DNA from: an uncultured cyanobacterium
Lineage (GTDB): Bacteria > Cyanobacteriota > Cyanobacteriia > Cyanobacteriales > CAWUOF01
Reading direction: 5' to 3'
Assembly: GCA_963744145.1 (NCBI GenBank)
Contig: CAVUSO010000001.1
Coordinates: forward strand, 2,784,001 to 2,848,000
DNA length: 64,000 nt
Shown here: one piece after another, positions 49,201-58,688 of the stretch
Layout of the letters: every line of letters starts with the position of its first letter
Numbering within the stretch: position 1 is the first letter of the stretch
Notes under the pieces: generated by a model
What the model saw: the letters and a program-made list of their open reading frames with translations, nothing else
Told to the model about the DNA's origin: nothing
Databases searched by the model: none
Made by a program: the position numbers and the translations under genes

Positions 49201-52200
49201 TGGAGCGATTTTGTGTACTGTAAAAAAATATATTAATTATGGTAATCAATTTGGAAAACTGTCTTTCAAGCTACTAGAAAAATTTAATACTCCTAAATTA
49301 GAGCCTGTGATTATACATTTATATTATGGAGGTATTTGGTTTTGGCAAGAACATCTCAGGAATATCGTTGCACATAATCACTTAATACATGGATGGAAAA
49401 CCGGGATAGATGCAGGAGAAAATGAATATACTTCTTATCTAGCCCTAAGTTATTGCTTAATCAAGTTTTTCGGTGGATATGATTTGGCAGATGTTGAACA
49501 AGATGTAAAAAAATATTCTAATTTTATCAAAAATTTAAACCAACAATATTCTCTATATGCTATAGAAACAATTGATAAAATAGTAACTAATTTCTTGATG
49601 ATAAACAAGGAAAAAGGTTTAATTATTGGTAATTCTAGAGAAGAGGAGGAAACATATTTAAAGATTTGGAATCAAGCTAATAACGTCTGGCTAATGTTTT
49701 TTGTATTTTTTGGTAAAACAATTTATTTTTATTATTTTAAAGATTATATTAATGCTTATGCTAACAGAATTAATGCCGAAAAACATATCCAAGCTATTGG
49801 CTCCTATTTAATAATGCCCCAGCATAATTTCTATTCATCCCTTTCTGATCTTGCTTATTATAATTATTGTGATGGAAAAAGGCAAAAAGAATTAATTGAT
49901 CAAGTAGACAGAAATCAGGAAAGTATGAAAATATGGGCTAACTATTGTCCAGCAAATTTTCAACATAAATACGATTTGGTTGCGGCTGAAAAAGCCCGAA
50001 TTTTAAACCAAAATTGGCAAGCTGAAGACCTTTATGAAAGAGCAATTCAAGGTGCTAAACAATATCAATTTATTCAAGAAGAAGCTCTAGCTTATGAACG
50101 AGCAGCAGAATTTTACTTTTCTATTGACCGAAAAGAAATTGGTCAGTTATATCTGAGAAATTCCCACCATTGTTACACTAGCTGGGGTGCTAAAGCCAAA
50201 ATTAAACAATTGGAGGACGAATATCCACAATATTTTGTAGGAGTAACCAACTCAGAGACAACTAAAAATCTTTCTACGACGATCTCTATTCCTGGTAATG
50301 ATGGAAAATTCCTCGATTTAACGACCGTCATTAAAGCATCCCAAGCTCTAACTGGGGAAATTATGCTCGATAAATTGCTAGCAACCTTGATGAAAACCAT
50401 GATCGAGAATGCAGCTGCTCAAAAAGGTTTTCTGCTGTTACCATCCCAAACTGATCCTGATCACGAAGATTATCAGTGGGCGATCGCAGCGATCGCGACA
50501 GTTAATCCTAATGAGGTGACTACACTACAATCTATTCCCATCGATACAATAGATCCTTCCACCCAAACCCCGTTCCTCTCAACTACAATCATCAATTATG
50601 TGATTAACAGTCAAGAAAATGTAGTTCTTCATGATGCTACCAATCAGGGACAATTTACTCGCGATCGCTATATTATTACCACCCAACCCAAATCTATTCT
50701 CTGCACTCCTCTACTCAATCAAGGAAAACTGAGTGCTATTTTATATTTAGAAAATAACCTCACCACCGAAGCATTTACACCCGAGCGAATTGAAGTTTTA
50801 AATATCCTTTGTAGCCAAGCCGTTATTTCGATTAAGAATGCCCAATATTATCAACAATTAACCGCATTAAATGTAAATTTGCAAGCTGAAATTATTGAAC
50901 GTCAAAAAGCAGAAGATGCCTTAGCTGAGTCCAACCGCAACCTAGAAATTAAAGTCGAAGAACGAACAGTTGAACTCAAGGAAGCAAAGGAAATTGCCGA
51001 TGATGCTAATCGAGCCAAAAGCGAATTTTTATCGAACATGAGTCATGAACTAAGAACTCCTCTCAATGGGATTTTAGGATATGCTCAAATCCTCCAACGC
51101 TCAAAAATAATCCCAGCAGAAGAACTACACCAGATTAACGTTATTCACCAGTGTGGTTCCCATTTATTAACCCTCATAGACGACATTTTAGATTTAGCCA
51201 AAATTGAAGCTCGAAAAATGGAACTCATGCCAACCGATTTTGATTTTTCTAATTTTTTGCAAGGAATAGCAGAAATTGGCAAAATTAGAGCTGAACAAAA
51301 AGGGATTTCTTTCATTTTTCAAACTACATCAGAACTACCTCAAGGCATCAATACTGATCAGAAAAGATTACGACAAGTGCTAATTAACTTAATCAGTAAT
51401 GCGATTAAATTTACTGACATCGGTGGAGTAATTTTTAAAGTTGAAAGAATTAGGACTGAACAAAAATTAATCCCATCTCCAAGCTCGAAAATTCGGTTTC
51501 AAATTGAGGATACTGGAATTGGCATGAGTCCGGAGCAATTAGAAAAGATATTTTTACCTTTTGAACAGGTGAGTGATCAGCAACGAAAAATAGAAGGAAC
51601 TGGACTAGGATTGACAATTAGTCAAAAAATTGCGGAAATAATGGGTGGTACAATTAAGGTGAAAAGTCAGTTAGATCAAGGGAGTGTTTTTTGGCTAGAT
51701 TTAGATTTGTCTGAAGTCCAGGGATGGAACCAAACAGCCATCACCTGGTCTCAAAGACAGATAATTAGCTTTAAAGGGACTAGACGGAAAATTCTAGTCG
51801 TCGATGACCGATGGGAGAATCGCTCTATGATGATTAATTTACTCAAACCAATTGGCTTTGAAATTGCTGAAGCAACGAACGGTCAGGAGGGTTTAGCCCA
51901 AACCCAAGGATTTCAGCCAGATTTAATTATCCTTGACTTGCTGATGCCCGTCCTAGATGGTTTTGAGATGATTCGACAATTGAGACGCTCCGTTGAATTC
52001 AAGCAGGTGCTGATCATTGCTTCCTCTGCTAGTGTCTACGCAAGCGATCGCGATCAAAGTCTAGCAGTAGGAGCCAATGATTTTCTTTCCAAACCAGTCC
52101 AGATCGATGAACTATTCAAGCAACTACAGAAACATTTGCAAATTGAGTGGGTTTACGAAGAAGTAGCAAAATCTAGCTTGCTCGCTTCCCCCCTAAGATG

Positions 52201-52423
52201 TAATAATGCTCTCATCATACCTCCCATAGAAGAGCTTACTATGTTATTTAATCTAGCCAAAAGAGGACGCATTAAAGGAATTTTGGAGCAAGCCGATAAA
52301 ATTGAACAAGTAGATGAAAGCTTTGCTTTATTTACTGAGCGGATTCGTCAGTTAGCTAAAGGATTTAAACTACCTGAGCTTCAGGAATTTATTAAACAAT
52401 CTATAAACAACCTTAATGGTTGA
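46268..52423 (+). CDS. Hybrid Ser/Thr kinase - AAA ATPase - GAF - histidine kinase - receiver protein (HstK-like)
   Basis: IIHKDINPSN, IDFG, GYSGIGKS, FLDDLQW, GAF LYLENN, H-box MSHELRTPLN, NLISNAIKF, GTGLGL and receiver ILDLLMP. Confidence 0.93.
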   Translation: MPTNMDSIIDYQLTEKIYESPNSIVYRGTDQLNKQPIILKILQENYPTPSELIRYKQEYEITRCFHADRIIKTSGLQRYKNSLIIILEDFGGKSLDRLISEYQFSLEETLTIAIKITEGLVAIHSANIIHKDINPSNIVYNPETGQLKIIDFGISTRLSQENQTINHINQLEGTLAYIAPEQTGRMNRGIDYRSDFYALGVTFYQILTHQLPFPTHDPMELVHCQIAQHPKRPDELISSIPLTLSNIVIKLLAKTPEERYQSAWGIKADLETCLHQLKTFGEISQFSLGNQDISNKFHISQKLYGREQEITQLLNSFKRVSQGTTEMMLVSGYSGIGKSVLVNEIHKPITKQRGYFINGKFDQLQRDIPYAAITQAFQDLIRQLLSEPESILETWKEKILSALGNNGQIIIDIIPGLEKIIGKQPEVEQLGAKETQNRFKLLFEKFIGVFSQKEHPLVIFLDDLQWANLPSLNLIEGLITNANQQYLLMIGAYRDNEVSPVHPLMHTLAQLRKVEATVNQIILQPLKISQINLLIADTLSCSIEDAKPLAELVAKKTGGNPFFVNQLLQTLYQENLLVFNPPQFLIAQGENKEKFWQWDIDQIEKIGITDNVVDLMVRKIGKLDENTQNILKLAACIGNQFNLEILAVVNRKSQIFTAQELQPALAEGLIVPLNNDYKLPLLWSQEEISSESSSVFIPKYPESIPYKFLHDRVQQAAYILIREEEKKVVHLQIGRLLLKNTQADKLEENLFQITNQLNEGAELTTDQLERDELAILNLKAGKKSKASTAYKPALRYLETGLSLLAFNSWNDQYKLTWELQIETLELLYLNTKFKEFEERAEMLLEQAKEILDQAKVTQLKIIYCYTIFKPDQAIDIALKAVLELGINISQESSDIEKRIEQQQEFILSFLQSKKIEDLADLPLMTDQTKIAATSILHRILTATNTTNFSLYIEVMFTILNLYISSGNSPNAACIYATYGAILCTVKKYINYGNQFGKLSFKLLEKFNTPKLEPVIIHLYYGGIWFWQEHLRNIVAHNHLIHGWKTGIDAGENEYTSYLALSYCLIKFFGGYDLADVEQDVKKYSNFIKNLNQQYSLYAIETIDKIVTNFLMINKEKGLIIGNSREEEETYLKIWNQANNVWLMFFVFFGKTIYFYYFKDYINAYANRINAEKHIQAIGSYLIMPQHNFYSSLSDLAYYNYCDGKRQKELIDQVDRNQESMKIWANYCPANFQHKYDLVAAEKARILNQNWQAEDLYERAIQGAKQYQFIQEEALAYERAAEFYFSIDRKEIGQLYLRNSHHCYTSWGAKAKIKQLEDEYPQYFVGVTNSETTKNLSTTISIPGNDGKFLDLTTVIKASQALTGEIMLDKLLATLMKTMIENAAAQKGFLLLPSQTDPDHEDYQWAIAAIATVNPNEVTTLQSIPIDTIDPSTQTPFLSTTIINYVINSQENVVLHDATNQGQFTRDRYIITTQPKSILCTPLLNQGKLSAILYLENNLTTEAFTPERIEVLNILCSQAVISIKNAQYYQQLTALNVNLQAEIIERQKAEDALAESNRNLEIKVEERTVELKEAKEIADDANRAKSEFLSNMSHELRTPLNGILGYAQILQRSKIIPAEELHQINVIHQCGSHLLTLIDDILDLAKIEARKMELMPTDFDFSNFLQGIAEIGKIRAEQKGISFIFQTTSELPQGINTDQKRLRQVLINLISNAIKFTDIGGVIFKVERIRTEQKLIPSPSSKIRFQIEDTGIGMSPEQLEKIFLPFEQVSDQQRKIEGTGLGLTISQKIAEIMGGTIKVKSQLDQGSVFWLDLDLSEVQGWNQTAITWSQRQIISFKGTRRKILVVDDRWENRSMMINLLKPIGFEIAEATNGQEGLAQTQGFQPDLIILDLLMPVLDGFEMIRQLRRSVEFKQVLIIASSASVYASDRDQSLAVGANDFLSKPVQIDELFKQLQKHLQIEWVYEEVAKSSLLASPLRCNNALIIPPIEELTMLFNLAKRGRIKGILEQADKIEQVDESFALFTERIRQLAKGFKLPELQEFIKQSINNLNG

Positions 52424-53441
52424 AAATCATATGCTCGACAGCCCAAATAATGCCCTAATTTTAATTATTGATGATAATCCAAACAATTTGGAAGTTATAT
52501 TTAATATTTTAACTCAATCTGGCTTTGAAATTGCTGTAGCTGTTAGCGGTGAAAGTGCAATTGAACAGATCAAAGAAGAATTACCAGACCTGATTTTATT
52601 GGATGTGCTAATGTCAGGAATTGATGGATTTGAAACCTGTAAACTTCTCAAGTCAGATCCATTGACTCAGGACATTCCCATCATTTTTATGACTGTTCTT
52701 ACCGACCCGATCAGCAGAGTTAAAGGTCTGTCTTTGGGTGCTGTGGATTACATCACTAAACCTTTCTCAGAAGAAGAAGTTTTAGCCCGGATCAAGGTGC
52801 ATTTAAAGCTAAGATTTTTCATGAAAAGCCTAGCCGAAAAAAATCTGCGCCTCAATGAAGAAATCACTAAGTGTCAAATTGTAGAAACAGCTCTTCAAAC
52901 AGCTCTTCAGGAGTTAGAAAAATTTGCTGCTTTAGATGGTTTAACTCAAGTAGCAAATCGTCGTCGATTTGATCAATATCTTGCTCAAAAATGGTATCAA
53001 ATGGAGCAAGAGCAGAAACCTTTATCCTTAATTTTAGCCGATGTAGATGATTTTAAACGCTATAACGATACCTATGGTCATTTAGCTGGTGATGATTGTT
53101 TGCGTACTATTGCCCAATCCATTAGTCTTACCCTCAAATGTCCTGATCATTTGGTAGCTCGTTTTGGTGGAGAAGAATTTGCCATAATTCTTCCTGACAC
53201 TCATTCCCAAGGAGCTGTTTCTGTTGCAGAAATGATTCGCACAAATGTGCAAAAACTTCAAATTATTCATAGTCAATCATCCGTGAGCGAATATATTAGT
53301 TTGAGTCTGGGTGTTGCTAGTTTGTTTCCTAGTTCTGAAAACTCCCCTCGTATCCTCATTAATTTAGCCGATCGCGCTCTTTATACTGCTAAAAGAAAGG
53401 GAAAAAATCTGGTGCATCTATTCACCTCATTAACCGATTGA
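52416..53441 (+). CDS. Response regulator / diguanylate cyclase (REC-GGDEF)
   Basis: LIIDD, LLDVLM, DGLTQVANRRRF, ARFGGEEF and ADRALYTAK. Confidence 0.92.
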   Translation: MVENHMLDSPNNALILIIDDNPNNLEVIFNILTQSGFEIAVAVSGESAIEQIKEELPDLILLDVLMSGIDGFETCKLLKSDPLTQDIPIIFMTVLTDPISRVKGLSLGAVDYITKPFSEEEVLARIKVHLKLRFFMKSLAEKNLRLNEEITKCQIVETALQTALQELEKFAALDGLTQVANRRRFDQYLAQKWYQMEQEQKPLSLILADVDDFKRYNDTYGHLAGDDCLRTIAQSISLTLKCPDHLVARFGGEEFAIILPDTHSQGAVSVAEMIRTNVQKLQIIHSQSSVSEYISLSLGVASLFPSSENSPRILINLADRALYTAKRKGKNLVHLFTSLTD

Positions 53442-53453
53442 TGGTAGGGAACG

Positions 53454-54479
53454 TTAGTACCGAATTCGCGGATCAATATAAGCATTTAAGATATCAATCA
53501 GAATACTAGCAATGACTACGATCGCGGCAAAAAACACAACTATTCCTTGCACGGTAGGATAATCTCGTAAAGAAATTGCTTCATACAATCGATTACCTAA
53601 GCCGGGCCAAGAAAATGTTACTTCGGTTAAAACTGCTCCACCTAATAGAGATGCTGTTGTCAATCCTAATACTGTAATTACTGGAATTAAGGCATTTTTT
53701 AAAGCATGAGACCAGAGAATCTTCATCTCTGTAATCCCACGGGCTCTGGCTGCTTCGACATAATCGGAGGAGAGGGTTTGTTTCAAGTTTACTCGCACAA
53801 TCCGCTCAAAAATGCCACTAATTAGTAGTCCTAATGTGAAACTTGGTAAAGCTAGATGATATAGTGCTGTGAAAAATTGGTCTAAATTACCATTCAGAAG
53901 ACTATCGATCGTATATAGACCGGTCGGTCCATCTGGAGGAGGAGGACTAATGGGGAAGCGACTACCGATCGGAAACCATCTTAATTGAACTGAGAAAATT
54001 AATTGTAACAGCATTCCCGCCCAAAACATCGGTAAGGCATAAGTAATAATTCCAAATAAACGTCCACCAACATCAAAAATAGTATTTGGACGGGAAGCAG
54101 ATAGAGATCCAACAGAAATCCCAATTACTAAAGCGATCGCCATACTAAATATAGTCAATTCTAAAGTTGCGGGAAAGTTGTCCTGAATTATTTGCCAAAC
54201 TGTCTGTCCTTGGGTCGCAATTGAGGTGCCTAAGTTTAACTTTAGTAACTCTCCCATATATCTTAAATATTGCCACCATAAAGGACCTGATAATCCTAAT
54301 TGCTCTCGTAAAGCATCTTTAGCACTTACAGGAGCTTTAGGACCTAAAATTGCATCGATCGGATCACCTGGTGTCGCTCTCATCAGCAAAAATACTAAGG
54401 TGGTAATTGTCCAGAGCATTAATGGTGCTAGGAGCAGACGACTAAGTAGGTAAAATTGGAGTGATTTAGACCGAGACAT
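53454..54479 (-). CDS. Peptide/nickel ABC transporter permease (DppB/OppB-like)
   Basis: PGDP, FPATLEL, EAA loop DYVEAARARG and DPRIRY. Confidence 0.92.
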   Translation of the reverse strand: MSRSKSLQFYLLSRLLLAPLMLWTITTLVFLLMRATPGDPIDAILGPKAPVSAKDALREQLGLSGPLWWQYLRYMGELLKLNLGTSIATQGQTVWQIIQDNFPATLELTIFSMAIALVIGISVGSLSASRPNTIFDVGGRLFGIITYALPMFWAGMLLQLIFSVQLRWFPIGSRFPISPPPPDGPTGLYTIDSLLNGNLDQFFTALYHLALPSFTLGLLISGIFERIVRVNLKQTLSSDYVEAARARGITEMKILWSHALKNALIPVITVLGLTTASLLGGAVLTEVTFSWPGLGNRLYEAISLRDYPTVQGIVVFFAAIVVIASILIDILNAYIDPRIRY

Positions 54480-54481
54480 AT

Positions 54482-56125
54482 TTAACCTTTAGTTTTCTGA
54501 ATTTTCCAGAAAGGAAATTGTTGGGTTGGTTCGATTTTTACTCCCTGGATTCCCTTCTTCACAAAAACATAGTCCTGATCCTGCCATAATGGAATATAGG
54601 GTACATCTTTGGCTGCTAGCTCTTGCAGTTCTCCAAAAATAGGTTGACGTTCCTCCTGGTTTTTTGCTGTCCGTTCTTGTTTAATTAGTTGATTAGCCCG
54701 ATCGCTATAATAAAAAGAGCCTTGACTTTGACTTTCTCCTTCTTCACAACCGGAATCTGGTTTTCCTTTTGCACAACCCAGAAAGGGATTGAGATAATCA
54801 TCAATATCAAAATAGTCAGGACTCCAATCCAGTAGCACCATGGGATAAATTCCCTTACTGAGATTTTGAAAAATAGTTGCACCTTCAACGTTATTGAGTT
54901 CTAGCTGTAAAATCCCGTCTAATCTTTGTTGAGCTAGCATTTTTAAGGTAGTGGCAATTTGACTCCTTTTTGCTGAACCTGTTGCATACCAAATTTGCAG
55001 TTTTAAAGGATTTTCTTTGGAATATCCAGCTTGAGTCAAAATTTCTTTAGCTTTGCTGAAATTAGCATCTCCATAAATAGTTTGGAAAGTCGGTTTATAA
55101 GCAGCAATGTTAGTAGGGATTAAACTATAAAGAGGTTCACCTTGTCCTTGGAGCGCTCTCTCATTCAGTAACCGACGATCTATCATCGTGGCGATCGCTT
55201 GTCTAACTTCTAATTTATCCAAGGGTTTAGACTTAATATTTAGCGTTAAATAATTGATCGAACTACTTTTAGCCGTAATTACTTCTATTCCCATCGTCGC
55301 GGCATTTTTCTGTAAGCTACTAATTTGATCGGCATCTAAAGATTGGTAGGCAATATCTATTTTTCCGGTCTGAAAAGAGTTAAATAGATTAGCCGCACTA
55401 GATAATACCTGAAGATCAATTCCTTTATTATTAGGTTTTTCTCCCCAATATTGCTCAAATACTTCTAACCGGAGCGAGTCAGTATTATATTTAGCTAATT
55501 TATAAGGTCCTGTACCGATAAATGTATCAGGTTTAAATTTACCCGCACCAATTTCATAAGCTTTGGGAGAAACAGCACAAGCACCGGAAAATGTTAACAT
55601 AGCTGGAAAAGCAGCAAAAGGTTGTTTGAGTTTGATGGTTAATTCATATTTTCCACTTGGCTCGACTGAAGCAATAATATCACCGAGTAAATAAGCTGGA
55701 CGTCCACCATTTTTAATAAAACGTTGCAAGGAAAATGCCATTGCTTTAGCATCAAAGGGGGTGTTGTCGTGAAATAATACACCTTGGCGTAAAGGAATAG
55801 TATAAGTTAAACCATCTTCACTGATTTTTGGTAGTGCTGTCGCTAGTTGGGGTTTTAGTTCAGTTGTACCGGGAGAATAGGTATAGAGCCGATCGCCCAG
55901 ATTATACAAGAGGTTGAGTGGGGCAATTTCATTAGCATCTGCTGGATCGACAGTACGAATTTTCAGCGTTGTCCCGATGGTAATGCGATCGCTGTTGGAA
56001 TTAGATCCACTTTCTGTTGCTGGTTTTTTACTACAGCTACTAGCTAAAACTGAGCAAATCAAAAATAAACTCAAAAATTTTCCCATCAATGACCATCTTT
56101 TGTTTGCCAGTTCTTGCCCACTCAT
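54482..56125 (-). CDS. Peptide/nickel ABC transporter substrate-binding protein (family 5)
   Basis: Lipoprotein signal (LASSC), DGLTYTIPLRQGVLFHD and IGTGPYKL. Confidence 0.92.
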   Translation of the reverse strand: MSGQELANKRWSLMGKFLSLFLICSVLASSCSKKPATESGSNSNSDRITIGTTLKIRTVDPADANEIAPLNLLYNLGDRLYTYSPGTTELKPQLATALPKISEDGLTYTIPLRQGVLFHDNTPFDAKAMAFSLQRFIKNGGRPAYLLGDIIASVEPSGKYELTIKLKQPFAAFPAMLTFSGACAVSPKAYEIGAGKFKPDTFIGTGPYKLAKYNTDSLRLEVFEQYWGEKPNNKGIDLQVLSSAANLFNSFQTGKIDIAYQSLDADQISSLQKNAATMGIEVITAKSSSINYLTLNIKSKPLDKLEVRQAIATMIDRRLLNERALQGQGEPLYSLIPTNIAAYKPTFQTIYGDANFSKAKEILTQAGYSKENPLKLQIWYATGSAKRSQIATTLKMLAQQRLDGILQLELNNVEGATIFQNLSKGIYPMVLLDWSPDYFDIDDYLNPFLGCAKGKPDSGCEEGESQSQGSFYYSDRANQLIKQERTAKNQEERQPIFGELQELAAKDVPYIPLWQDQDYVFVKKGIQGVKIEPTQQFPFWKIQKTKG

Positions 56126-56181
56126 TCACAATTTCCTCAACGATTTCAGCCCAATTTACCATATAGTTGGGCAATTTAAGC

Positions 56182-57381
56182 TCAATCTAAATTATCTAAA
56201 AATTGCGCTAAAGAATCTACTGTCAAAGCGACTTCAACCAAATTTTCTAATTGATTCACCTCAAGTAACTGTAATTGTTGTTCTACTTCTGGAGAAACTG
56301 GTCCAAAACGCTTAGTCAGTAATCTTAACAATGGTCGTAATGCTCCTTGGATTTGAGCAGTTAATAAAAGCTGTTCAGCAGATTGTGCCCTTTGTTCTGC
56401 CATTTCGACCTGTTTTTTAGCCGATTGAGCTTCTTGTTCTGCCATTTCGACTTGTTTTTTAGCCGATTGAGCTTCTTGTTCTGCCATTTCGACTTGTTTT
56501 TTAGCCGATTGAGCTTCTTGTTCTGCCATTTCGGCCTGTTTTTTAGCTAATTGAGCTTCTTGTTCTGCTATTTGGGCTTTTTGTTCAGCACTTTGAGCTT
56601 TTTGTTCAGCACTTTGAGCTTTTTGTTCAGCACTTTGAGCTTTTTGTTCAGCCATTTGGACTTGTTGTGCTGCTATTTGGGCTTGTTGTACTGCGATTTG
56701 AGCTTGTTGAGTGGCAAATTCTGCTTGTTGTTGAGCAAGTTCTTCTGGTAATAAAATCAGATTGTGATTTTCGTCATAAAACCTTGCCCAGAATGCAGTT
56801 TCTCTCAAGATTGTTCCTTCCCAAGTTCCCAACCACAAACCTAATTTGTGAGACCACAGCCAACCTTTTTCATTTGGCTCTAAGGGCTGATAGGTTTGAT
56901 GGTCATCTAAACGCCATCCCCTGAGCGAATTAGGGTTAAATGGGTTATAAACAAAATATTCTGGTGTACGGAAAGTTTGCTCGTAAATATCCTTTTTTTC
57001 ACCTAAATCTATGGCGCTAGTCGAAGGTGACATTAATTCCACAATTACATCTGGATAGCGACCATTTTCTTCCCACACTACCCAACCTTGACGGTCAGTT
57101 CTACCATCGACATTCAAAACTACAAAAAAGTCGAGCCGGCGAAAATCTCGATTTTTTACTTGGGCGCTACTATAGTAAAGAAACATATTTCCCCCCGCAA
57201 AATAATCATTACGGTTGGCTAATGCGGTAATCATGGAATGAATGAGTACATTCATCGCAATCCGGTGACGATTAGTTTCCAAGGGTTCACCATCATCAAA
57301 AATCAAATCTGTCGGTGGGGTAGGATATTCCCAATCAACGACCGCTGTACTTGGCAATATTGCTGTTACTTCTGTAGTCAT
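56182..57381 (-). CDS. Uma2 family endonuclease with a coiled-coil repeat region and DUF4351-like tail
   Basis: YFAGGNMFLYY, WVVWEENGRYPDVIVELMSPST and PEYFVYNP; tail RLLTKRFG...LENLVEVAL. Confidence 0.88.
   Translation of the reverse strand: MTTEVTAILPSTAVVDWEYPTPPTDLIFDDGEPLETNRHRIAMNVLIHSMITALANRNDYFAGGNMFLYYSSAQVKNRDFRRLDFFVVLNVDGRTDRQGWVVWEENGRYPDVIVELMSPSTSAIDLGEKKDIYEQTFRTPEYFVYNPFNPNSLRGWRLDDHQTYQPLEPNEKGWLWSHKLGLWLGTWEGTILRETAFWARFYDENHNLILLPEELAQQQAEFATQQAQIAVQQAQIAAQQVQMAEQKAQSAEQKAQSAEQKAQSAEQKAQIAEQEAQLAKKQAEMAEQEAQSAKKQVEMAEQEAQSAKKQVEMAEQEAQSAKKQVEMAEQRAQSAEQLLLTAQIQGALRPLLRLLTKRFGPVSPEVEQQLQLLEVNQLENLVEVALTVDSLAQFLDNLD
56390..56720 (-). repeat. 21-bp/42-bp coding tandem repeats (heptads)
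   Basis: AQSAEQK repeats and EMAEQEAQSAKKQV repeats. Confidence 0.9.
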
Positions 57382-57399
57382 GGTTAATTCTACCTTTGG

Positions 57400-57822
57400 T
57401 TATTCAGTTTCTTGTTTTAATAAGCGATCGTACAGTAATTTTAGTTTTGCTTTTGTATCTGCTGGCGATCGCGGTAGAGGAATTTCCAGATTTGGCCAAG
57501 TCAGTAGATCATGACAAGGACAGCATTTTGGTGGCATTCCTCTAGTATGTAAGGGAATTGGCATGGTGCAAAGAACACAAGGATCAATTTCCCAATCAGC
57601 ACTCAGTAACTGGGTGATCGTTGTCTCTGTTCCTTCTAGATAACAGTCTCCTGATTCAATTGCTACAATTTTCTGCCAACAATCTTCAAATTCCTGACTA
57701 TAACGATCGTCTTTTAATATTGGTTTCGGTAGTAAAGATTCGTGATTTTTACCAATTACAATTCTTTTTCCTAACTGAAACCAATAGGCTAAATATTTTC
57801 TTACTTCTTGTTCTGATGCCAT
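57400..57822 (-). CDS. Conserved cyanobacterial hypothetical protein (Cys-containing)
   Basis: YLAYWFQLGK, YSQEFEDCWQ, CYLEGT and CxxC motifs. Confidence 0.8.
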   Translation of the reverse strand: MASEQEVRKYLAYWFQLGKRIVIGKNHESLLPKPILKDDRYSQEFEDCWQKIVAIESGDCYLEGTETTITQLLSADWEIDPCVLCTMPIPLHTRGMPPKCCPCHDLLTWPNLEIPLPRSPADTKAKLKLLYDRLLKQETE

Positions 57823-58030
57823 ATCAACTTAGAGCAATAGTTAAATTTTTGTTAAATTACCCTTTTTATTCTCGGATTAGATGTATTTTCGTTAAATTTA
57901 TTTCATTCTACTTCCATCAGTTTCGATCAAGAGATCATTGATGGGAAAAAGGGTTTGGTCTATTTCTATGCTATCTCTGATGAATTAAGAGTGAGTGAAT
58001 CAAAAGATGGAAATATTGTAAAGTTTTATA

Positions 58031-58588
58031 TTAATTGGCGGGAAATTTGGTCAATAGAGGAAAGCCCAGGTCACTCAGATTGAGAATATGACCTCCTAGA
58101 ACTAGATAAACCGGATTGGCGATCGCCCCAAGATGACGCACTAATGTACCCAAGCGATCGCGAAATAACCGACCAATCGGTACAGCCGGAACCAGACCCC
58201 ACCCAGTTTCTTCAGCTACAAAAATCACCAGATCGGCATTCGTCTCTTGTAAACTAGCTAAAAACGAACTTAGGGTCTGAGTCCAAATAGTTTCATCTTG
58301 TGCTAATAAATTAGTCACCCAAGTACCTAAAGAATCCACCAATAAACAGTGATGTTGATCAGAATTGCGAATTGTAGTTGCTAGATCCACAGGGACATCA
58401 AGAGTGACCCATTCCCTTGGTCGTCGTTGCTGGTGTTGTTCAATCCGCTGTTTCCACTCCAAATCATGGGGATCAATTGTAGCAGTAGCCACATAAATCA
58501 CTGGTTTACCAGACTGGAGGGCTAAATTTTCAGCCCATTCACTTTTACCAGACCGTGATGGTCCTGTTACTAAAATTAATTGAGTCAT
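58031..58588 (-). CDS. cobU: Bifunctional adenosylcobinamide kinase / adenosylcobinamide-phosphate guanylyltransferase
   Basis: LVTGPSRSGKSEWAE, YVATA, RIEQHQQRRP, LLVDSLGTW, EETGWG and GRLFRDRLG. Confidence 0.93.
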   Translation of the reverse strand: MTQLILVTGPSRSGKSEWAENLALQSGKPVIYVATATIDPHDLEWKQRIEQHQQRRPREWVTLDVPVDLATTIRNSDQHHCLLVDSLGTWVTNLLAQDETIWTQTLSSFLASLQETNADLVIFVAEETGWGLVPAVPIGRLFRDRLGTLVRHLGAIANPVYLVLGGHILNLSDLGFPLLTKFPAN

Positions 58589-58688
58589 TCTGCCTAAACG
58601 GCTTACAGATAATTGATCTAAATATTTCTACTGGTAAAATTATACAGTACACTCAAAATTAGAGCAGGTTTTTTCAATTGTAGTTGCA

